In this document: positions 16,862-26,189 of the stretch, piece after piece
Position numbering within the stretch: the first letter of the stretch is position 1
Layout of the letters: each line of letters opens with the position of its first letter
Program-made: the position numbers and the translations under genes
Notes under the pieces: model-generated
Database searches by the model: none
Told to the model about the DNA's origin: nothing
The model's input: only the letters and a program-made list of their open reading frames with translations
IMG/VR virus record: IMGVR_UViG_3300044454_000099
Span: 1-53,255 of that record
Direction: 5' to 3' (one strand)
Length of the DNA: 53,255 nt
From: a virus
Lineage: Duplodnaviria; Caudoviricetes

Positions 16862-17233
16862 ATGGCGATCACGGTCACGCCCGCGGATATCCGAAACTTT
16901 GCGCCTGAATTCGACTCGGCCGAACTGACCGATCCACGAATTCAGATCTACATTGATATGGCCGATGGCGAAATCAATGAAGACGCTTGGGGCTCGCGCG
17001 CAAAGACGGCCGAGATCCTGTTGACGTGTCACATGTTGAAAATGGCCGGCGCGAATGCCTCTAGCACTGGCACCGGCCCCATTACGGGCATGTCGGTAGG
17101 CGATGTGAGCGTGCAATACGCCGCGCCTCAGGTGAGCGCGGTTGGCCTAGAGGCATCGCTGGCCATGAGCAAATATGGCCTCGAATACGCGCGGCTTGTG
17201 AAGCTTGCCGCGTTTGGCGCCGAGGTTTGCTAG
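16862..17233 (+). CDS. Head-tail adaptor (DUF4054-type)
   Basis: FAPEF, LLTCH.L, SVGDVSVQY and SKYGLEY motifs. Confidence 0.8.
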   Translation: MAITVTPADIRNFAPEFDSAELTDPRIQIYIDMADGEINEDAWGSRAKTAEILLTCHMLKMAGANASSTGTGPITGMSVGDVSVQYAAPQVSAVGLEASLAMSKYGLEYARLVKLAAFGAEVC

Positions 17234-17236
17234 GCC

Positions 17237-17713
17237 GTGAAACTGAACTTTGAAACTGAAAGGGTTGATCAGGGTTTACAAAACCTGAAGCGACGCCTTG
17301 AGGTTATGAAGCTTCGGAAAGCCTATGTAAAGGCTGGCTTGCTTGGCAAGGGTGATTCTCGATCTGAAGGGATCACGAACGCACAGCTTGCCAGTATTCA
17401 CGAATTCGGTTTGGGGCATGTGCCGGCGCGCCCGTTTCTTCGGCCGGCTTTCATGCAGCACAAAGACGAATACCTAAAGCTTTTGGCCGAGGCTTACAAG
17501 CGCGCGCTTGAGAAGAACTCGCCCGAAGAATTCAAGCGCGTATTGCGGCTGATTGGGCAACGCATGGCGGCGGATATCAAAAAATTTGTCACGGCCGGCC
17601 CCTCAATACCGCCCCCGTTGGCCGAGGCCACGATCGCGCGCAAGAAGTCTTCGCGCGCGCTCGTCGATACTGGCACCATGATTCGAGCCGTTGATTATGA
17701 GGTTGCCGAATAA
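17237..17713 (+). CDS. Neck protein (HK97 gp10-like)
   Basis: IHEFG..VPARPFLRP and PLAEATIARKKSSRALVDTG motifs. Confidence 0.8.
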   Translation: MKLNFETERVDQGLQNLKRRLEVMKLRKAYVKAGLLGKGDSRSEGITNAQLASIHEFGLGHVPARPFLRPAFMQHKDEYLKLLAEAYKRALEKNSPEEFKRVLRLIGQRMAADIKKFVTAGPSIPPPLAEATIARKKSSRALVDTGTMIRAVDYEVAE

Positions 17714-18072
17714 TGAACCTCGATCTTTCAGGTATTGTCGGCGCACTCGCTACGCATACGGTCACGGTTCAGCGGCCCCATGCGAGCACCTTCGACACGA
17801 ACGGCAAGGCCAGCGCGCAAACCTTTACGACCTTTACCGCGCGCGCGAGCGTGCAGCCTGTTACGGGTGACGATATCGCGCGATTACCTGAGGGCATCAA
17901 TCCTACCGGGCTCGTGACGATATATAGCCCTACAGAGTTGAAGGTGCGCGATCGCGTGACCGTGCCCGGCCGCGGCGCCTATGAGGTTGAACGCATGAGG
18001 CCGTGGGCCGATAGCGGCAACTATTCGCGCGCCATAGCGCGTTCACTGAACTCCGATGAGCCGAGGGCCTAA
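17713..18072 (+). CDS. Head closure/head-tail joining protein
   Basis: ASVQP...LPEG motif; synteny. Confidence 0.7.
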   Translation: MNLDLSGIVGALATHTVTVQRPHASTFDTNGKASAQTFTTFTARASVQPVTGDDIARLPEGINPTGLVTIYSPTELKVRDRVTVPGRGAYEVERMRPWADSGNYSRAIARSLNSDEPRA

Positions 18073-18074
18073 CC

Positions 18075-18647
18075 GTGGATATGGCCGGCTTTGAAGATGC
18101 GATTCAGGCGCGCGTGAAGGCGGCGCTTACGTTCGATGGCGGGCATGTTATTTGGGCAAACCAAACGCGCGATCGCCCCTCGCGGCCCTTCGTTGAACTT
18201 GCACTTTTGACTGATGATGATTTGAGCGAGCAAGGCGAATACAGCCAAGAGGATAACCCCGATTCTACGGGCAACGATGGCGAAGAAATCTTGCTGAACG
18301 TCAAACATCAAGTTGAACTCACGGTTCAATTTCGTGTGTTTTCTTCGGCCGTAACTGGCGCTAACCGAGCTTTCAACCTTGCTAAACGGGTGCGTGATTT
18401 CTTCGACCGAGAAAGCACAATCGAGGCCCTCGGCGCAATTGCTGTCATTTCCCGCGACAATGTGCAAGACGCCTCGATCGTGCTAGAAACAGAGCATGAG
18501 GGCCGCGCGGTCTTCAACATAAGATTTCGAGTGGCTGATATTGACACGGAAACGGCCACATACATTGAAACGGTTAAGGTCAAACCCACCGTGATTCAAA
18601 CTGACGGGCCGATCGAAAGCACCATAACGATTGACCTAGGAGATTAA
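18075..18647 (+). CDS. Tail terminator/neck protein
   Basis: VIWANQ..RP..PF motif; immediately upstream of the sheath. Confidence 0.65.
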   Translation: MDMAGFEDAIQARVKAALTFDGGHVIWANQTRDRPSRPFVELALLTDDDLSEQGEYSQEDNPDSTGNDGEEILLNVKHQVELTVQFRVFSSAVTGANRAFNLAKRVRDFFDRESTIEALGAIAVISRDNVQDASIVLETEHEGRAVFNIRFRVADIDTETATYIETVKVKPTVIQTDGPIESTITIDLGD

Positions 18648-18649
18648 AA

Positions 18650-19960
18650 ATGGCTTCTCTTTCTGACATTGTGAACGTGACGATTAGCAGCGCCACCGCG
18701 GCGATCAAAGAGCCCGGCTTTGGCACTATGCTTATCGCCGATTACCATACGCGCTTTACCGAGCTTATTCGTTTTTACGATGATCTCGACGGCATGGTTA
18801 GCGATGGCTTCGCCGTAACCGATGCGGCCTATATGGCGGCGGCGGCGGCATTCGCGCAAAACCCCCAACCTGATCGCGTGGCCATTGGCCGGCGCGCGCT
18901 GGCGCCTACCTTGCAGTTCGATCTCTACCCCACCGCGGTTAACTCGAAAGCCTACAAGGTGATCGTTACTCGGCCGAACGGCGCCGAGGTTTCGTGTTCG
19001 ATTACCAGCGATTCGAGCGCGACGGTTGCTGAGATCTGCACCGCTCTTCAGGTTCCGATCGATGCTATTAGTGATGTGGTTGCGGTGGATAATACCACGC
19101 ACGTAACCGTGACCGCTTCGGTTGCCGGCTCCTATTTCGCCGTGCGCGTTGAAGATCAGTCGCTCTTGCGCGTGGCTTCGAGCGGTTCCGATCCCGGCAT
19201 TGCTACCGATTTGGCCGCGATCGCGCTCGCTAGCGGCGATTGGTACGGCCTGACGTTGACCACCCAAGGCGCGGCCGAGGTTGCCGCGGCGAGCAATTGG
19301 GCCGAGTCAAACGGCAAGCTCTTTATTCAGGCTAGCCAAGATGGCGATATCATCGGCTCGGGCACGAGCGATATCGCTAGCACCGTTCAGACTGCGAATC
19401 GGTTTCGCACGGCGATCATGTTTCACCCGAACCCCACTCAACACGCGGGCGCGGCCCTCATGGGCGCCACGTTTCCGTTCGATCCCGGCTCGCTTACGTT
19501 CGCGTTTAGGCCGCTGGCTTCGGTCGATAGCGTGCCCCTCACTCCTACGCAAATCACGAACCTTCAGAGCAAGAATTGCAATTACTTTACCGATTATGCG
19601 GGCCTTTCGCTCACGCAACAGGGTAAGACCGCTGAAGGCGAGTGGATCGATATCATTCGCGATCGCGATTGGTTCCAAAGCCATTTGCAGATCGCCGTTT
19701 TGGCCGTCAAGGCGAACAACCCCAAGGTGCCGTTTACTGATAAGGGCATTGCACAGCTTGAGGCCGCGGTGCGCAAGGCCACTCGTGACGCTATCGTGGC
19801 CGGCTTCTTGGCCGAGGGCACTGACGTTTACACCGTGCCGAAGGCCGCTGATATCTCGGCAAACGACAAAGCGAACCGCACCCTTGACGCTATTCGCGTG
19901 AGTGCCGAGGTTGCCGGCGCTATCCACGTAACCAAGATCAAGGTGGCGATTACCGCCTAA
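18650..19960 (+). CDS. Contractile tail sheath (DUF3383-type)
   Basis: IVNVTIS, FAQNPQP, GEWIDIIR..DW, KVPFTDKG and GAIH motifs. Confidence 0.9.
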   Translation: MASLSDIVNVTISSATAAIKEPGFGTMLIADYHTRFTELIRFYDDLDGMVSDGFAVTDAAYMAAAAAFAQNPQPDRVAIGRRALAPTLQFDLYPTAVNSKAYKVIVTRPNGAEVSCSITSDSSATVAEICTALQVPIDAISDVVAVDNTTHVTVTASVAGSYFAVRVEDQSLLRVASSGSDPGIATDLAAIALASGDWYGLTLTTQGAAEVAAASNWAESNGKLFIQASQDGDIIGSGTSDIASTVQTANRFRTAIMFHPNPTQHAGAALMGATFPFDPGSLTFAFRPLASVDSVPLTPTQITNLQSKNCNYFTDYAGLSLTQQGKTAEGEWIDIIRDRDWFQSHLQIAVLAVKANNPKVPFTDKGIAQLEAAVRKATRDAIVAGFLAEGTDVYTVPKAADISANDKANRTLDAIRVSAEVAGAIHVTKIKVAITA

Positions 19961-19995
19961 ACGGCCATTTGGCCAAATAGAAAAGGATCAGACAA

Positions 19996-20415
19996 ATGGC
20001 TAACACTTACAACCCCAAGAAAGTTCAGGTTATCTTCAATAACCAGATCCTTACGGGTTTTGCTGACGGTAGTTTCGCTGAATTGGAAATGAACGCGGAT
20101 CAGTTCTCGCTTGTGGTTGGCGCCGATGGCGAGGGCGCGCGCACCGCTTCGGCAGATCGAAGCGGTAAGCTCAAAGTCACCTTGCTTCAGACTTCGGGCG
20201 GCAATGACATTTTGAGCGCGTCACTTACTACCGACATGGCTACGAACGTGAACACCGGCCCATGCATGATCAAAGACGGCTCGGGGCGAACGCTGGCGCT
20301 TGCGGCTCAGGCGTGGGTGAACAAGTATGCGGCGGTGGCTTTCGACAAAGAAGCCAAGGCGCGTGAGTGGACAATCGAAAGCGCTGATTGGGTTGTGGCT
20401 GTAGCCGGTAACTAA
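19996..20415 (+). CDS. Tail tube protein (DUF3277-type)
   Basis: TYNPKKV, GFADG, VGADG, LLQTS and REWTI motifs. Confidence 0.88.
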   Translation: MANTYNPKKVQVIFNNQILTGFADGSFAELEMNADQFSLVVGADGEGARTASADRSGKLKVTLLQTSGGNDILSASLTTDMATNVNTGPCMIKDGSGRTLALAAQAWVNKYAAVAFDKEAKAREWTIESADWVVAVAGN

Positions 20416-20427
20416 GCTGTAGCCGTA

Positions 20428-20470
20428 GCGGGCACTGGCGTTAGAGGGCCGTTCGATTCGGCCCGCCCGC
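20428..20470 (+). ncRNA. tRNA-elbow-like cis RNA element, copy 2
   Basis: Outer stem GCGGGC/GCCCGC, 12-nt linker ACTGGCGTTAGA, T-arm GGGCCG-TTCGATT-CGGCCC, then GTTTTT. Confidence 0.55.
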
Positions 20471-20489
20471 GTTTTTCACAGGGGGCAAT

Positions 20490-20957
20490 ATGCGACGGCA
20501 AGAAGCAAAGACGTTTAGAACGTCAACGGGTGATTGCGAAATCATGGTCACGGCGCTTGACGGCAACACGGCCGGCGAGCTTGGGATCAAGCTTGTTCAG
20601 CTCTTCGGCCCGTCAATCGTGGGCGTTGTGGCTGCAATGGATAGCAACGATCTTAGCAAGGTGGCCGAGCAAGCTACGGTGTTTTTCGCCAAGCTCACGC
20701 CCGCTGAGTTCACGAGCATCAAGCGCCAGCTTCTCAAAGGCGCCCAAGCTAAGACGCCCGATGGCGAGTTTATCGAAGTGAACGATCAGTTCACTGGCGA
20801 GGCATTCTCGGGCGAAGTGGGCTCGCTCATGGCATTGGTTGCCTTTGCGCTTAAGCTCAACTTTGCAAATTTTTTCGAGGGCCTCGGCATCAAGTCAGAC
20901 ACAATCGCCAAGCTGAAGGCCAAGGCAACGAAGGCGACGGCGAAGATCAGCGGGTAG
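20490..20957 (+). CDS. Tail assembly chaperone (gpG-like)
   Basis: Between tube and tape measure; ends ...LNFANFF and carries a slippery heptamer. Confidence 0.75.
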   Translation: MRRQEAKTFRTSTGDCEIMVTALDGNTAGELGIKLVQLFGPSIVGVVAAMDSNDLSKVAEQATVFFAKLTPAEFTSIKRQLLKGAQAKTPDGEFIEVNDQFTGEAFSGEVGSLMALVAFALKLNFANFFEGLGIKSDTIAKLKAKATKATAKISG

Positions 20958-21157
20958 TCTTACCCGTGCCCGAGGGCCTCTTTTGGCCGGCTTGGCGCCT
21001 AGTTCTTGACGGTGTTGCTACGCTCGAAGAGATAGAAACTCACTACTCGCTTGATGATGTAATGAGCGCTAATCTCATGTTAGACCTTAAGCACGAGGCC
21101 GAAAGGCTGGCGCGCGAAAAGGCCGAAGCCGAGCAAAAGCGAAAGGCCGGGCGTTAA
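20870..21157 (+). CDS. -1 frameshift extension of the tail chaperone (gpGT-like)
   Basis: T TTT TTC at 20870-20876. The -1 frame is open to 21157 and includes ATLEEIETHYSLDDV. Confidence 0.75.
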   Translation, partial: FFRGPRHQVRHNRQAEGQGNEGDGEDQRVVLPVPEGLFWPAWRLVLDGVATLEEIETHYSLDDVMSANLMLDLKHEAERLAREKAEAEQKRKAGR

Positions 21158-21160
21158 AAG

Positions 21161-21649
21161 ATGCGACCGAAACCAACCGCCGAAACATTTTGGGCCCGAG
21201 TGGCTAAAGGCTCGGGTTGCTGGCTTTGGCGCGGGCCGATAGCAAACACCGGCTATGGTAACGTGGCCATGTTTGGCGAACGTGGGGCGCACCGTGTTTC
21301 TTGGGTGCTGACGAATGGGCCGATCCTTGATGGTCTTTGCGTTTTGCACCGTTGCGATAACCGTATTTGTGTAAACCCTAGTCACCTGTTCTTAGGTACG
21401 AAAAAAGATAACTTTCAAGACATGATTACTAAGGGCCGGGGGTCGCTTCAGATCGCGCCCGAACGAGGCGAGCAACATAGGCGTGCGAAACTCACAGAGT
21501 TTCAAGCTCGCTCTATATTTGCTCTTCGAGCCGAGGGGTTGTTACAGCGCGAGATTGCGGTATTGCTAGGTGTGTCGCGAGGCAACATTAGTGGTATTTT
21601 GAATGGGCATATCTGGCCCCACATTCAAGCGGGTGCCTTATCATTGTAG
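21161..21649 (+). CDS. HNH homing endonuclease with C-terminal HTH
   Basis: CWLWRG, GYG, AHRVSW, VLHRCDNRICVNPSHL..GT..DN and QREIA.LLGVS motifs. Confidence 0.9.
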   Translation: MRPKPTAETFWARVAKGSGCWLWRGPIANTGYGNVAMFGERGAHRVSWVLTNGPILDGLCVLHRCDNRICVNPSHLFLGTKKDNFQDMITKGRGSLQIAPERGEQHRRAKLTEFQARSIFALRAEGLLQREIAVLLGVSRGNISGILNGHIWPHIQAGALSL

Positions 21650-23241
21650 AAGAGTTAGTTAGCAAGCTCGGGCTTGAAATCGACGAGAACGCTATGAGCG
21701 TTCTTGAGAAGTTCACGCACGCAATACATGGTGGCTTGGCCGGGCTCGCGACGGTAGGCGCGGCGGTGGCCGGCGCTTTCGTGGGTATCGTCACTCAAAC
21801 GGCGCTTGAGGCTGACGAAATCGGCGATATGGCCGAGAAGCTGGGCATAACGACCGATGCTCTTCAAGAGCTGAAGTATGCGGCTAACCAGTCTGACGTT
21901 TCTTTTGAATCGCTTTCAACGGGCCTTAAGTTTCTGTCGAAGAATGCTGTAGAGGCCGCGCAAGGGAGCGAAGAAGCGCAAAAGGCTTTCGCCGGCATTA
22001 ACACGCGCAAGGCTAACGGCGAGTTCAAGAGCGCCGATGAACTGTTAGATAGCGTTGTCGATAAGTTTCAAAAGGTGCCCGAGGGCATCGCGCAAACGAA
22101 CCTCGCGATAAAGATCTTTGGCCGTTCAGGGATCGATATGGTGCCCCTCTTGAAGAAGGGCGCCGCGGGTATCGCGGCCTTCAGGAAAGAGGCGCACGAT
22201 CTCGGGGTTGTAATGGATAAGGAAACGATCGAGGCGGGCTCGCGCTTCGATCAGCAACTCAAGCGCTCGAAGGCCGCGCTTGAGGGCCTTAAGAACACGT
22301 TCGCTACGCCCTTCATTGGCGTTTTCGCTAAGGGTCTTGAGAAGCTTGCGGATTGGCTGAAGAGCAACCGCGCAAACATGGCGGCACTCTCTAAGGCATT
22401 CCAAGATGTGGGCGAGCGCCTCGCCGGCATGGGCGAAATGTTTTTGCAGGCTATCGGGTGGTTTACCGCGCTCTTCGGCGACTCGGCGATAGCGAAGATC
22501 TTGAAGGGTGCTGACTACCTCAAGATCGTTGAAATGGGTTTGATTGGCTTGGGGGTCGCGGGCGCGGCCTCGGGCCTTATGACCTTGGCTAGCTGGCTTC
22601 TCGCCGCGGCGCCGTTCATTCTGTTGGGCGTTCTGATCGGCTTTATCGTTGATGAGCTTTACAACTTCATAGCCGGTAACGACAACCTGATCAGCCGCAT
22701 TATCCAATGGGCCGATTTCTTCGACCCCAACGATAACCCGATACTGAATTTCTTTAAGGAAGCGATCTCGCTTCTCTTCGACCTTACCGATCCGGCCAAG
22801 TTCGATCGGTTCATTGATGGCTTCTACAAGGCGATCGGCTACCTGCAAACGGCCTTTAGCGAGTTCGTTTCATGGTTGGCGGGCGTTATCGTGGAGTGGG
22901 CGCCGAAGATCTGGCAAGGGCTCTTAGACGGCATCAAGGGTTTGCCGGGCGCGCTCTTGACGGGCCTTAAAGACATTGGCGGCATGGCGAGCACGCTTGC
23001 CGAAGGCTTCGGGGGCCAAACGCACAACCTCGAAGCCGGCCGCATGGCTTACAGCGGCGGCGCCTCGGGCCCCAATGCCGCGGCCGAAATCAGCACGGGC
23101 GGTAAGCGCGGCGCCTCGGTCAAGCAAACGAACACGATCAATATCAACGGCTCGAACCTCAACGAAGAGCAACTGAAGCGGGCCGTTTTGGGCGCGCATC
23201 AAGAGCTTATGAGCGACGCGCACGCGGCGGTGGGTGGCTAA
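21640..23241 (+). CDS. Tape measure protein (first ATG 21694; TMP-like N-terminus starts ~21640)
   Basis: IIVEELVSKLGLEIDE is in frame upstream of the ATG; helical Ala-rich repeats, IFGRSG, hydrophobic segments. Confidence 0.85.
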   Translation: MIVEELVSKLGLEIDENAMSVLEKFTHAIHGGLAGLATVGAAVAGAFVGIVTQTALEADEIGDMAEKLGITTDALQELKYAANQSDVSFESLSTGLKFLSKNAVEAAQGSEEAQKAFAGINTRKANGEFKSADELLDSVVDKFQKVPEGIAQTNLAIKIFGRSGIDMVPLLKKGAAGIAAFRKEAHDLGVVMDKETIEAGSRFDQQLKRSKAALEGLKNTFATPFIGVFAKGLEKLADWLKSNRANMAALSKAFQDVGERLAGMGEMFLQAIGWFTALFGDSAIAKILKGADYLKIVEMGLIGLGVAGAASGLMTLASWLLAAAPFILLGVLIGFIVDELYNFIAGNDNLISRIIQWADFFDPNDNPILNFFKEAISLLFDLTDPAKFDRFIDGFYKAIGYLQTAFSEFVSWLAGVIVEWAPKIWQGLLDGIKGLPGALLTGLKDIGGMASTLAEGFGGQTHNLEAGRMAYSGGASGPNAAAEISTGGKRGASVKQTNTININGSNLNEEQLKRAVLGAHQELMSDAHAAVGG

Positions 23242-23837
23242 TGGCTCTTCAATTTCAGTTCATGTTTTCGGAAGGGAACACGAAAGAACTGTTAGTGTTC
23301 GATGCCAGCGTGACCGAGGGGCATAGCTTCTCGTCAGAAATAACTGAGTTTCCGGTTGAAGAAGGGCTTAACATTTCAGACAACGCCCGGCCTAAGCCGT
23401 TCATGCTTAAGCTTGAGTGTTACATTTCTGATTTTCCCTTGCCGAGCGAGGGCCGCACGCAAGTAAGCTCGGGCGCCATCAATCAGCGGCCCAAGGCCAG
23501 TAAGAAGCGAAGTGAAAATGCTTTCGCTACGCTCGTGCGCCTCAAAGATGAGGGTATCCCGATCACGGTAACCACGGGGCTTAACACTTACGATTCGCTT
23601 GTGATTCAGTCGATCGACGTGCCGCGCGATAAGACTTTGCGTGCCGGCTTGCGCTTCTCGATCGTCATGAAAGAAGTTCGGATCGTAAAGACTGAAACCG
23701 TGAATATTCGCAAGGCGCGTGAGTCTAAGGGCCAAGGCAAGAAGAAAGACGGCCCGAAGACGCCTGAAACGGCGAGCGAGAATCTTTCAAAGAAGAGCCT
23801 CGGCGCCGGGCTCTTCGACAGCTTGATCGGGTTCTAG
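23241..23837 (+). CDS. Baseplate/tube initiator (Dit-like)
   Basis: E.H...ITEFPVEEG.NISD and VTTGL.TY motifs. Confidence 0.75.
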   Translation: MALQFQFMFSEGNTKELLVFDASVTEGHSFSSEITEFPVEEGLNISDNARPKPFMLKLECYISDFPLPSEGRTQVSSGAINQRPKASKKRSENAFATLVRLKDEGIPITVTTGLNTYDSLVIQSIDVPRDKTLRAGLRFSIVMKEVRIVKTETVNIRKARESKGQGKKKDGPKTPETASENLSKKSLGAGLFDSLIGF

Positions 23838-23839
23838 CC

Positions 23840-24154
23840 ATGCTCGTATTACCTACTCGAACCGATACCGCGCGCTACAGTTTTGAAACCGAGCTAGACG
23901 GCAAAACGTTTACGTTTGAATTTGAGTGGAACGATCGCGATCTCGGTTGGTATATGACGATCCTTGATGCTAGCGGCGTGACGCTTCTCGCCGGCCGGCG
24001 CGTGGTCATTCGAGCCCCGCTGACGGGGCGCTACCGCGATTCGCGCTTGCCGCCCGGTCACCTTGAAGCCATCGATACCAGCGGCGCCGATGCCGAAGCC
24101 GGCTATGGCGATTTGGGCGATCGCGTCAAACTCTGTTACACGCCCGCGGGCTAG
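23840..24154 (+). CDS. Small baseplate protein
   Basis: LDGKTFTFEFEWNDR..WYM motif; synteny. Confidence 0.7.
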   Translation: MLVLPTRTDTARYSFETELDGKTFTFEFEWNDRDLGWYMTILDASGVTLLAGRRVVIRAPLTGRYRDSRLPPGHLEAIDTSGADAEAGYGDLGDRVKLCYTPAG

Positions 24155-24156
24155 CC

Positions 24157-24996
24157 ATGGGTGATACCCTTTTCAAAAGACAATGGCGCGTGTCTGTAGG
24201 CGACCTAGCTACAGAGCAACTTCGCATTGTTTTTAAGGTAACGAAGACGCTTGAGAAAGAGCCGAATACGCTCAACCTGAAGATCACGAACCTTAGCGAG
24301 GCCAGCCGCGGCAAGCTCAAAGGCGCGGGCGTGCCGGTTATCGTCGAAGCCGGTTACGAAGGTAGCCGCGCCGTGATTTTCTCGGGTGACTCGCGCACGA
24401 TTGATCACGCTCGCGAGGGTGCTGATTGGCAAACGGTCGTGCAGTGTGGCGACGGTGAAAAGGCGTTTCAGTACAACCACGTTAACCAAAAGTTCGCGCC
24501 GGGTAGCCAGCTAACTGACGTGTTGCAGGCCGTGGGCGGCAAGCTGGCGAAGAACATCGGCAACCTTAAAGACGCATTCGCCGGTAAGAAACTACCCTTC
24601 AAAGAGTTTACGCACGGTTTCGTGGGCTTCGGCCGCGCGTCTGACGTATTCGACAAGCTTGTAAAATCGTCGGGCATGTCGTGGTCAATTCAGCAAGGTG
24701 CGCTTCAAATCGTGGAGCCCGGCAAGGGACTAGAGGCTAAGGCGGTTTTGCTGAACGCGGATCGCGGCCTCATCGGCTCGCCCGTTCACGCGCCCCCTGA
24801 TAAAAAAGGTAAGCCCTCAGTTCTGAAGTGCAAATGCCTTCTGAATCCTCAGATAGCACCCGGCCGGGTAATCACGCTCGATACGAAAGCCATCAAAGGC
24901 GAGTTCATTTGCCAAAAGGTTGATCATCAAGGCGACTCGCACGGTAACGATTGGTTCACTTCCATTGAAGCGCTCGCGCGCAAGGCGCAATCCTAA
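24157..24996 (+). CDS. Baseplate hub protein
   Basis: PN...ITNLS, EAGY, WSIQQG, GLIGSP, LLNP.I.PG and GDSHG..W motifs. Confidence 0.8.
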   Translation: MGDTLFKRQWRVSVGDLATEQLRIVFKVTKTLEKEPNTLNLKITNLSEASRGKLKGAGVPVIVEAGYEGSRAVIFSGDSRTIDHAREGADWQTVVQCGDGEKAFQYNHVNQKFAPGSQLTDVLQAVGGKLAKNIGNLKDAFAGKKLPFKEFTHGFVGFGRASDVFDKLVKSSGMSWSIQQGALQIVEPGKGLEAKAVLLNADRGLIGSPVHAPPDKKGKPSVLKCKCLLNPQIAPGRVITLDTKAIKGEFICQKVDHQGDSHGNDWFTSIEALARKAQS

Positions 24997-25805
24997 TGAG
25001 TGACAGATCGCCTAACCTCGCCCAAGTCATTCGCCGCGGTATTGACCTACGTCTACAGGGCTTCTTCTGCATGCGGATCGGCCGTATCGAAAGCTTCGAC
25101 GCGGCGAAACAACTGGCCGAGGTTCAGCCGCTTCAGAAAGATTTGCGCGAGCTTGAAACGGGCGAAAGCGAAGTGGTTGGCTTGCCGCCCATTCCTAACG
25201 TGCCCGTTGTGGTGCTTGGGGGCGGTACGTTCGCCGATACCTACCCGATTCAGCAAGGTGACGAGTGCCTTTTGATCTTCGCCGATCGCTCGCTCGATAA
25301 GTGGATTGAACAAGGGGGCGAACAAGATCCGATTGACCTTAGGCGCCACGATTTGAGCGATGCCGTGGCGATCGTGGGCGTGCGCTCGAAGCCGAACAAG
25401 CTTAGCGAGTATGACGAAAACCGCCGCGTAATTGGTAAGGTCGGCGGGCCTCGGGTGGCATTGTCTGATAGCACGGTTCATCTTGGCGTTAACCACAACG
25501 AAGACGCGACTGAAAAGGCCGTGCTCGGTAGCACCTACCGTCAAAAAGAAGATACGTGGTTTCAGGATCTGGCCACCCAATTAAGCACCGCGGGTAGCGC
25601 GTTGCAGGTTGCCTCTACCAGTATGACCACGGCCGCAAGCGCGAACGCGCCCCCATACACGGGCGGTGCTTCGGCCGTAGCGCCGTTCACGGCCGCGGCT
25701 ACCGCACTCGGGCAAGCGGCCTCGGCGCTTTCTCAAGTGGCCTCGAAGCTGGCGACGTTTTCAAGCGGTGGGCCATACCTTAGCGAAAAGGTGAAGGTGA
25801 AATAA
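24996..25805 (+). CDS. Baseplate central spike (Gp138-like N-terminus)
   Basis: VQPL, VPV, GDECLLIFADR..D.W and RRHDLSDA motifs. Confidence 0.85.
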   Translation: MSDRSPNLAQVIRRGIDLRLQGFFCMRIGRIESFDAAKQLAEVQPLQKDLRELETGESEVVGLPPIPNVPVVVLGGGTFADTYPIQQGDECLLIFADRSLDKWIEQGGEQDPIDLRRHDLSDAVAIVGVRSKPNKLSEYDENRRVIGKVGGPRVALSDSTVHLGVNHNEDATEKAVLGSTYRQKEDTWFQDLATQLSTAGSALQVASTSMTTAASANAPPYTGGASAVAPFTAAATALGQAASALSQVASKLATFSSGGPYLSEKVKVK

Positions 25806-26176
25806 TGTCTCTTTCTACTGACGGTGGCGAAAGGACATTTATTGTCGCGGCCGAAGCGGCCACGAAAACCGCCCTTACCGAAGGGCTCGATACGGGCGAG
25901 GCCGCGGTTATGACGGCCGCGCAATACGCCCCCACGGGTAACGAGGCGCTCGCCGCAAACGCTATCAAGGCCACCGCCGCGGGCATCGTGAAAGCCCTCG
26001 CAACCATGCCGATTCGGCTACCTATCTACGCTGTTAATGATCTGCCCTCGCCGGGTGACTATATCGCCGCGTTGGTCTATTGTTGGAACGGGGCAAATGG
26101 CCAACCGATTTTGGCCTATAGCTCGGGGCTCTATTGGCTCAGATCTGACACGGGTAACCCGGTTTCAATGACGTAA
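25805..26176 (+). CDS. Tail-associated protein
   Basis: C-terminal LPIYAVNDLPS...AYSSG.YWLR module of the kind seen in fibre proteins. Confidence 0.5.
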   Translation: MSLSTDGGERTFIVAAEAATKTALTEGLDTGEAAVMTAAQYAPTGNEALAANAIKATAAGIVKALATMPIRLPIYAVNDLPSPGDYIAALVYCWNGANGQPILAYSSGLYWLRSDTGNPVSMT

Positions 26177-26189
26177 AAGGATCAAGCGA

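Noticed and set aside
16521-20470. The GTTCGATTC elements as true tRNA genes or attP remnants
   Set aside because: They are only 43-47 nt, with no D stem, anticodon arm or CCA, and no integrase is present.
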